From Candidatus Bilamarchaeaceae archaeon (GTDB lineage: Archaea > Micrarchaeota > Micrarchaeia > Anstonellales > Bilamarchaeaceae), in NCBI GenBank assembly GCA_038870635.1, contig JAVZJR010000001.1, forward strand, positions 116,740-180,739: 64,000 bases of DNA, written 5' to 3'. Below the pieces are notes generated by a model, which did not search any database, was not told the DNA's origin, and saw nothing but the letters and a program-made list of their open reading frames with translations. The number at the start of each line of letters is the position of its first letter. Position 1 is the stretch's first letter. A program made the translations under genes and the position numbers. Positions 60,713 to 64,000 of the stretch are shown one piece after another.

Positions 60713-61495
60713 TCAGAACACCTCATCTCTTAGCTCTTCCTCAGTGCTCGGGGCAAATAATTCCCATTCAAAACATTTAAGCATTTCAAGATCTCTGAGA
60801 TCCCGTGTGTCGCAAGAAAGCGAACTTGACAAAATCGTTTTTAGCTCTTTTGCCTGTCTGTTAACTTTTCCCACTGCTTCATCTCTCGTAATACCAAATG
60901 CAGTTGTTGAAGCAAAAGCTATCATTTCCACTGGCCTTTCACCTTTACTAAATCTATCTAAAAGACGATTAAGCATCGCGATTTCCCTATCATAACGGAT
61001 AATATCTGAACTATCAAGCTTCTCTTGAGAAAATCTTTTTGTTTCTATGTTGCTTCTCCTTGTCTTTAATTCTTCTATATGTTTTGAGACATCAATGGCT
61101 GAGATAAGCATAGAAAGCTTTACTACATATTTCAATGCACTTACTGCTTTTTCAAAAGATTCAAAGATAAACCTTTTTTCATTCTCGCCTTTATCCATCG
61201 CACTTTCGTAAAAACGTATTTCAAGAAACTTTGTGCAATAATACCCCTCTGGCCGTTTCTTTATTATGTAATCTCTGCTCGGAGGGATTTCATAGCTATC
61301 TCGTATTTCAACTATGTTTGTTGCTTTCGTTATTACTGGTATAAAAAGATAACCATACTTCCACAACGCCACAGCTAGGGCAAAGAATACTGCTGCAATA
61401 AGAGCAAACAGGGCATTACCAAAAACAACGCATAGAATAATGGAAATGAAACCGCCAAAAAGCGCAGCGATAGTTATAGTTCTATTTATGTACAT
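60713..61495 (-). CDS. Two-TM membrane protein with cytoplasmic coiled-coil domain
   Basis: Two N-terminal TMs; stop directly abuts the ATPase start. Confidence 0.75.
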   Translation of the reverse strand: MYINRTITIAALFGGFISIILCVVFGNALFALIAAVFFALAVALWKYGYLFIPVITKATNIVEIRDSYEIPPSRDYIIKKRPEGYYCTKFLEIRFYESAMDKGENEKRFIFESFEKAVSALKYVVKLSMLISAIDVSKHIEELKTRRSNIETKRFSQEKLDSSDIIRYDREIAMLNRLLDRFSKGERPVEMIAFASTTAFGITRDEAVGKVNRQAKELKTILSSSLSCDTRDLRDLEMLKCFEWELFAPSTEEELRDEVF

Positions 61496-61603
61496 CCCAC
61501 ACCTCTTCTGAATATTTAGTATAAAAGATAGATTAAAAAGTTATCTTTGCGGTCTGTTAAGTTTTTTTAATATGCCCTAACAAAATAATTACATGGTGAT
61601 GTT

Positions 61604-62572
61604 GTGGAATATGAAGTTAAAAGAATACTAAAAAATACATTTTTTTACGAATTAAATGATGAAACGAAAAAAAGATTGGAAGAATTGGCAAAGGATCTTG
61701 GTTACGAAAAGACAATAACACCAAAAACAAGGCTTTCTTTTCTTCTTAAAGTTTACCAAACTAAAAAAGCAAAAAAGAATGCTGCACATAGATTAAAGGA
61801 AGCAGAAAAGATGATAATGCAAATCGCCTCCCTCAAATATAACGAATTAAAATGGAAAGAAGAGAAAGAGAAAAAAGAGGATAAAAAAAATTTTCAAAGT
61901 ACAGCAATTTTTTCTGATATCTCTTTTTTAATAAATGAGAGAATGAAAAAAATTTTTGAAAGACTAGGTATAAAAGATAAAAAATCAATAGAAGAAGCAA
62001 TTTGGTCACTTGGTGAAAAAGAAGTGGAGAACAGAGCGGAGATAGTATTTTCCAGCAAGCTGGATGAAAAAACCATTCAAGGAATTTTTGACTTTAATCC
62101 CAGTTTAATAATGGAAAGTTTTGAAAAATTTGTGGCAACCATCGAGATGTTAGAAACAAAAAAAGACATAATAGATGCTTGGAAAAAAAGCCATGAAGAA
62201 AAACCACCTTTAGACTACGCTATTGAACCTGCAATTCTTTTTACAGACTATGCTGTTTTACAAAAAATACTTAGTGAAGCACCAAAAGAAAAGGACCAAG
62301 AAGTGACTGAAAAAGAAGAAGTAGAGTATAAGGCAAAACCAATGCGAGCAGAAGATTTGATAAAAATTCTCACAAAAGGATTTGGCTGCGAGGTCAGAGA
62401 GGGTAATCATTATATTGTATTAAATCCTACTAATGGAAAAACAACTACAATATCAAAATCTCATAAAGGCCAAATGGAACTCAACAAATCAGTAATTAAA
62501 AAAATAGTCCAACAACAGTTAGGCATAGATCTTAATACATTCCAGAAGAAAAGAGAGGGGATGGGGCTATGA
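61604..62572 (+). CDS. Helical protein with C-terminal HicA-like mRNA interferase domain
   Basis: Last ~75 aa: DLIKILTKGFGCEVREGNHYIV...TISKSH...ELNKSVIKKI...LGI. Confidence 0.7.
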   Translation: MEYEVKRILKNTFFYELNDETKKRLEELAKDLGYEKTITPKTRLSFLLKVYQTKKAKKNAAHRLKEAEKMIMQIASLKYNELKWKEEKEKKEDKKNFQSTAIFSDISFLINERMKKIFERLGIKDKKSIEEAIWSLGEKEVENRAEIVFSSKLDEKTIQGIFDFNPSLIMESFEKFVATIEMLETKKDIIDAWKKSHEEKPPLDYAIEPAILFTDYAVLQKILSEAPKEKDQEVTEKEEVEYKAKPMRAEDLIKILTKGFGCEVREGNHYIVLNPTNGKTTTISKSHKGQMELNKSVIKKIVQQQLGIDLNTFQKKREGMGL

Positions 62573-62844
62573 ATGATAAATTACTTATAGAAGGATATAA
62601 TGTTAAAATAGAGAAAAAGGGGAAGATTTACGAAGCGCTTATTGAAGACTTAAAACTTAAGGTAGAGGTGAAGAAGAAAGAGGACGTAGAGGCAGCTGTA
62701 ATAACTGCTCTAAATAAATATTTTCGAGAACTGTATTCTTTACCTGAGAAAAAATCGCGGCTCAAATTCTTCAAAATAAAAAGAATGATAGAAAAAAACA
62801 AGCAAAGGAATACATATGGAAAAAAAGGTAGTAATACATCTTGA
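62569..62844 (+). CDS. HicB-like antitoxin
   Basis: YNVKIEKKGKIYEALIEDL...EDVEAAVITAL; ATGA overlap with the HicA-like gene. Confidence 0.55.
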   Translation: MNDKLLIEGYNVKIEKKGKIYEALIEDLKLKVEVKKKEDVEAAVITALNKYFRELYSLPEKKSRLKFFKIKRMIEKNKQRNTYGKKGSNTS

Positions 62845-63895
62845 CCTTGACTATTTTTTTGCTCAAGTAGAAGAAAGAAAAAATCCATCAATATTTGGAA
62901 AACCAGTTGTAGTTTGCGTATACACCAATGAAAAAGAACAAAAAGGAGCGGTAACAACTGCGAATTATGTTGCAAGAAAATTCGGTGTGCATTCCGGCAT
63001 TCCAATAACACAAGCAAAAAAATTACTAAACGGCAAAGACGCTGTTTTTTTACCAGCAAACTACGAACTTTATGAAGAAATATCCTATGGTATAAGAAAT
63101 ACACTCTTTAATTATTCAGATAAAATAGAACAAGCATCAATAGATGAGTTTTATATTGAAGTCCCAGTTAAAGAAGGCATCCATGAAGCGGAGAAAATTG
63201 CTGTAATGATAAAAAATGAAATACTTAAAAAATTCAAACTCACTTGCTCTGTTGGTATAGGGCCAAATAAATTGATTGCAAAAATAGCTGCAGGCATAAA
63301 TAAACCGGACGGCTTAACTTTAGTAAAAGAAGAGCAAGTTCAGGATTTTTTGGACCCTTTAGAAGTTGACAGAATACCAGGCATAGGTAAAAAAACAAAA
63401 GAGTACTTGCAATCAAAAGGTATTTTTACAATAAAACAGCTTCGAATAGCAGATTTTGCAGAATTGGCCGAGGAATTGGGAAAAAAAGCAGCAGGAGCTC
63501 TTCGAGAAGCGGCAAATGGAATAGATAATTCACCAGTTGAAGAAGAAAAGCAAAAGCAGATAAGCAGAATGGTAACAATTAGTGACGGTGCGAAAGATGC
63601 TTTAGAATTAGAAAAAACAATTAACGAATTAAGCAGAGAAATTGCTGAAGAATTAAACAGAGTAGAATTTGTAGGTAAAGTAGTTGGAATCCAAGTAATA
63701 GATAAAGATATGAAGTTGTACAATCGTTCTACCACCCTTCAATCACCAACAAAAGATGCAGAAATTATAGCAAAAACAGCCAATGAACTTTGCAAAAAGT
63801 TTTTTTTAGAAAAACCAATAGAATTAAGAAGGATAGGCGTGCGCGTAGAAAAACTTGAAACTATAAAAGGACAAAAAAGCCTTGCTAATTTTTAA
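62816..63895 (+). CDS. dinB: DNA polymerase IV (Y family, Dpo4/DinB)
   Basis: HLDLDYFFAQVE, ANYVAR, SIDE, NKLIAK, KPDG, RRIGV. Confidence 0.96.
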   Translation: MEKKVVIHLDLDYFFAQVEERKNPSIFGKPVVVCVYTNEKEQKGAVTTANYVARKFGVHSGIPITQAKKLLNGKDAVFLPANYELYEEISYGIRNTLFNYSDKIEQASIDEFYIEVPVKEGIHEAEKIAVMIKNEILKKFKLTCSVGIGPNKLIAKIAAGINKPDGLTLVKEEQVQDFLDPLEVDRIPGIGKKTKEYLQSKGIFTIKQLRIADFAELAEELGKKAAGALREAANGIDNSPVEEEKQKQISRMVTISDGAKDALELEKTINELSREIAEELNRVEFVGKVVGIQVIDKDMKLYNRSTTLQSPTKDAEIIAKTANELCKKFFLEKPIELRRIGVRVEKLETIKGQKSLANF

Positions 63896-64000
63896 ACAAA
63901 AAGATAAACCACCCCAACGTTAGAAAACATAAAAACCCCCGCCGGCACCGATGAAAACCGGAGTAACGGCACATAGAAAACATTAGAAATACAGAGAAAA

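Noticed and set aside
58576..62844. Integrated conjugative element or provirus
   Set aside because: No integrase, relaxase, att repeats or obvious composition shift; flanks are coupled to housekeeping genes
63896..64000. GC-richer hairpin-like stretch with repeated tagaaaaca at the window end
   Set aside because: Truncated by the window; cannot distinguish ncRNA from the end of a minus-strand ORF

Overview
AT-rich, densely coding archaeal chromosome segment. Archaeal markers include Rpo7/Spt4, L41e, Pus10, Dph6, PAC2, secF-secD order, archaeal riboflavin synthase and BHB-type tRNA introns. The gene style suggests a metabolically well-equipped DPANN/Micrarchaeota-like organism (inference, not tested). 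Housekeeping and biosynthetic genes include purH, purM, purD, thyX, ribB/ribC-ribH/ribA, ino1, alaS, korAB, lhr, dinB and pepA. There are also a type IV pilin-like cluster and several surface proteins. Five tRNA genes were read by hand, four of them interrupted, three with non-canonical introns (15/16 twice, 59/60 once). Most unusual items: (1) an elongator tRNA-Met whose 37/38 intron encodes a box C/D guide aimed at its own wobble C34, followed by a second 46-nt insert with a 12-nt duplication and preceded by a duplicated 5' fragment; (2) a RelA/SpoT-like gene split by a +1 frameshift in an A7 run; (3) a membrane protein + VirB4/HerA-type ATPase + coiled-coil/wHTH + micro-ORF operon; (4) a HicA domain fused to a long helical N-terminus, next to a HicB-like gene and dinB; (5) sheared-GA/GNA-loop hairpins and an 83-bp duplication beside tRNA genes. 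No CRISPR array, rRNA or transposase was seen.
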